Below are positions 40,881 to 40,904 of a DNA stretch of 40,904 nt, in pieces. Location of the stretch: NCBI GenBank assembly GCA_021158105.1, contig JAGGVH010000037.1, forward strand, positions 1 through 40,904. Direction: 5' to 3'. The translations under genes were made by a program, and so were the position numbers. The DNA comes from Candidatus Micrarchaeota archaeon (GTDB lineage Archaea; Micrarchaeota; Micrarchaeia; Anstonellales; JAGGVH01). Each line of letters starts with the position of its first letter. Positions within the stretch are counted from its first letter, which is position 1. The notes under the pieces are model-generated. The model did no database searches and was not told where the DNA came from. It was given only the letters and a program-made list of their open reading frames with translations.

Positions 40881-40904
40881 TTTTGTGCAAATCTTTCCTT
40901 TTTA

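Overview
AT-rich chromosomal segment that is clearly archaeal. It carries Pelota, Taw1/TYW1, Trm1, RpoL/Rpo11, Csl4, a Sec11-type signal peptidase, secF then secD in the archaeal order, and an intron-split tRNA with a bulge-helix-bulge motif. It looks like a small-genome DPANN-like lineage carrying many bacterial-type genes: a bacterial-type compact AlaRS, GyrB/GyrA, an L,D-transpeptidase and an NlpC/P60-like peptidase. Coding density is high on both strands with short intergenic regions. Several genes look leaderless, with the TATA box about 25 bp upstream of the ATG. Items worth a second look: (1) a tRNA gene whose acceptor halves lie about 165 bp apart, split by an 86-nt intron in the T-loop (56/57) with a well-formed BHB, plus a second roughly 16-nt insertion; (2) a two-gene minus-strand operon encoding a 1011-aa coiled-coil and glycine-zipper membrane protein with a possible GGDEF-like palm region, followed by a 476-aa unknown partner; (3) a COG1373/DUF4143 AAA+ ATPase gene bracketed by about 65-bp direct repeats made of tandem palindromic units; (4) a diadenylate cyclase (DAC) domain protein with a C-terminal membrane anchor; (5) Csl4 with its zinc ribbon replaced by a long Arg/Ser/His-rich tail; (6) an unannotated 45-aa lysine-rich ORF convergently overlapping the alaS stop; (7) a 29-bp promoter element shared by two unrelated minus-strand genes. 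No CRISPR array, rRNA or obvious transposase was seen. The supplied ORF track appears to allow TTG starts, so several starts were moved to internal ATGs.
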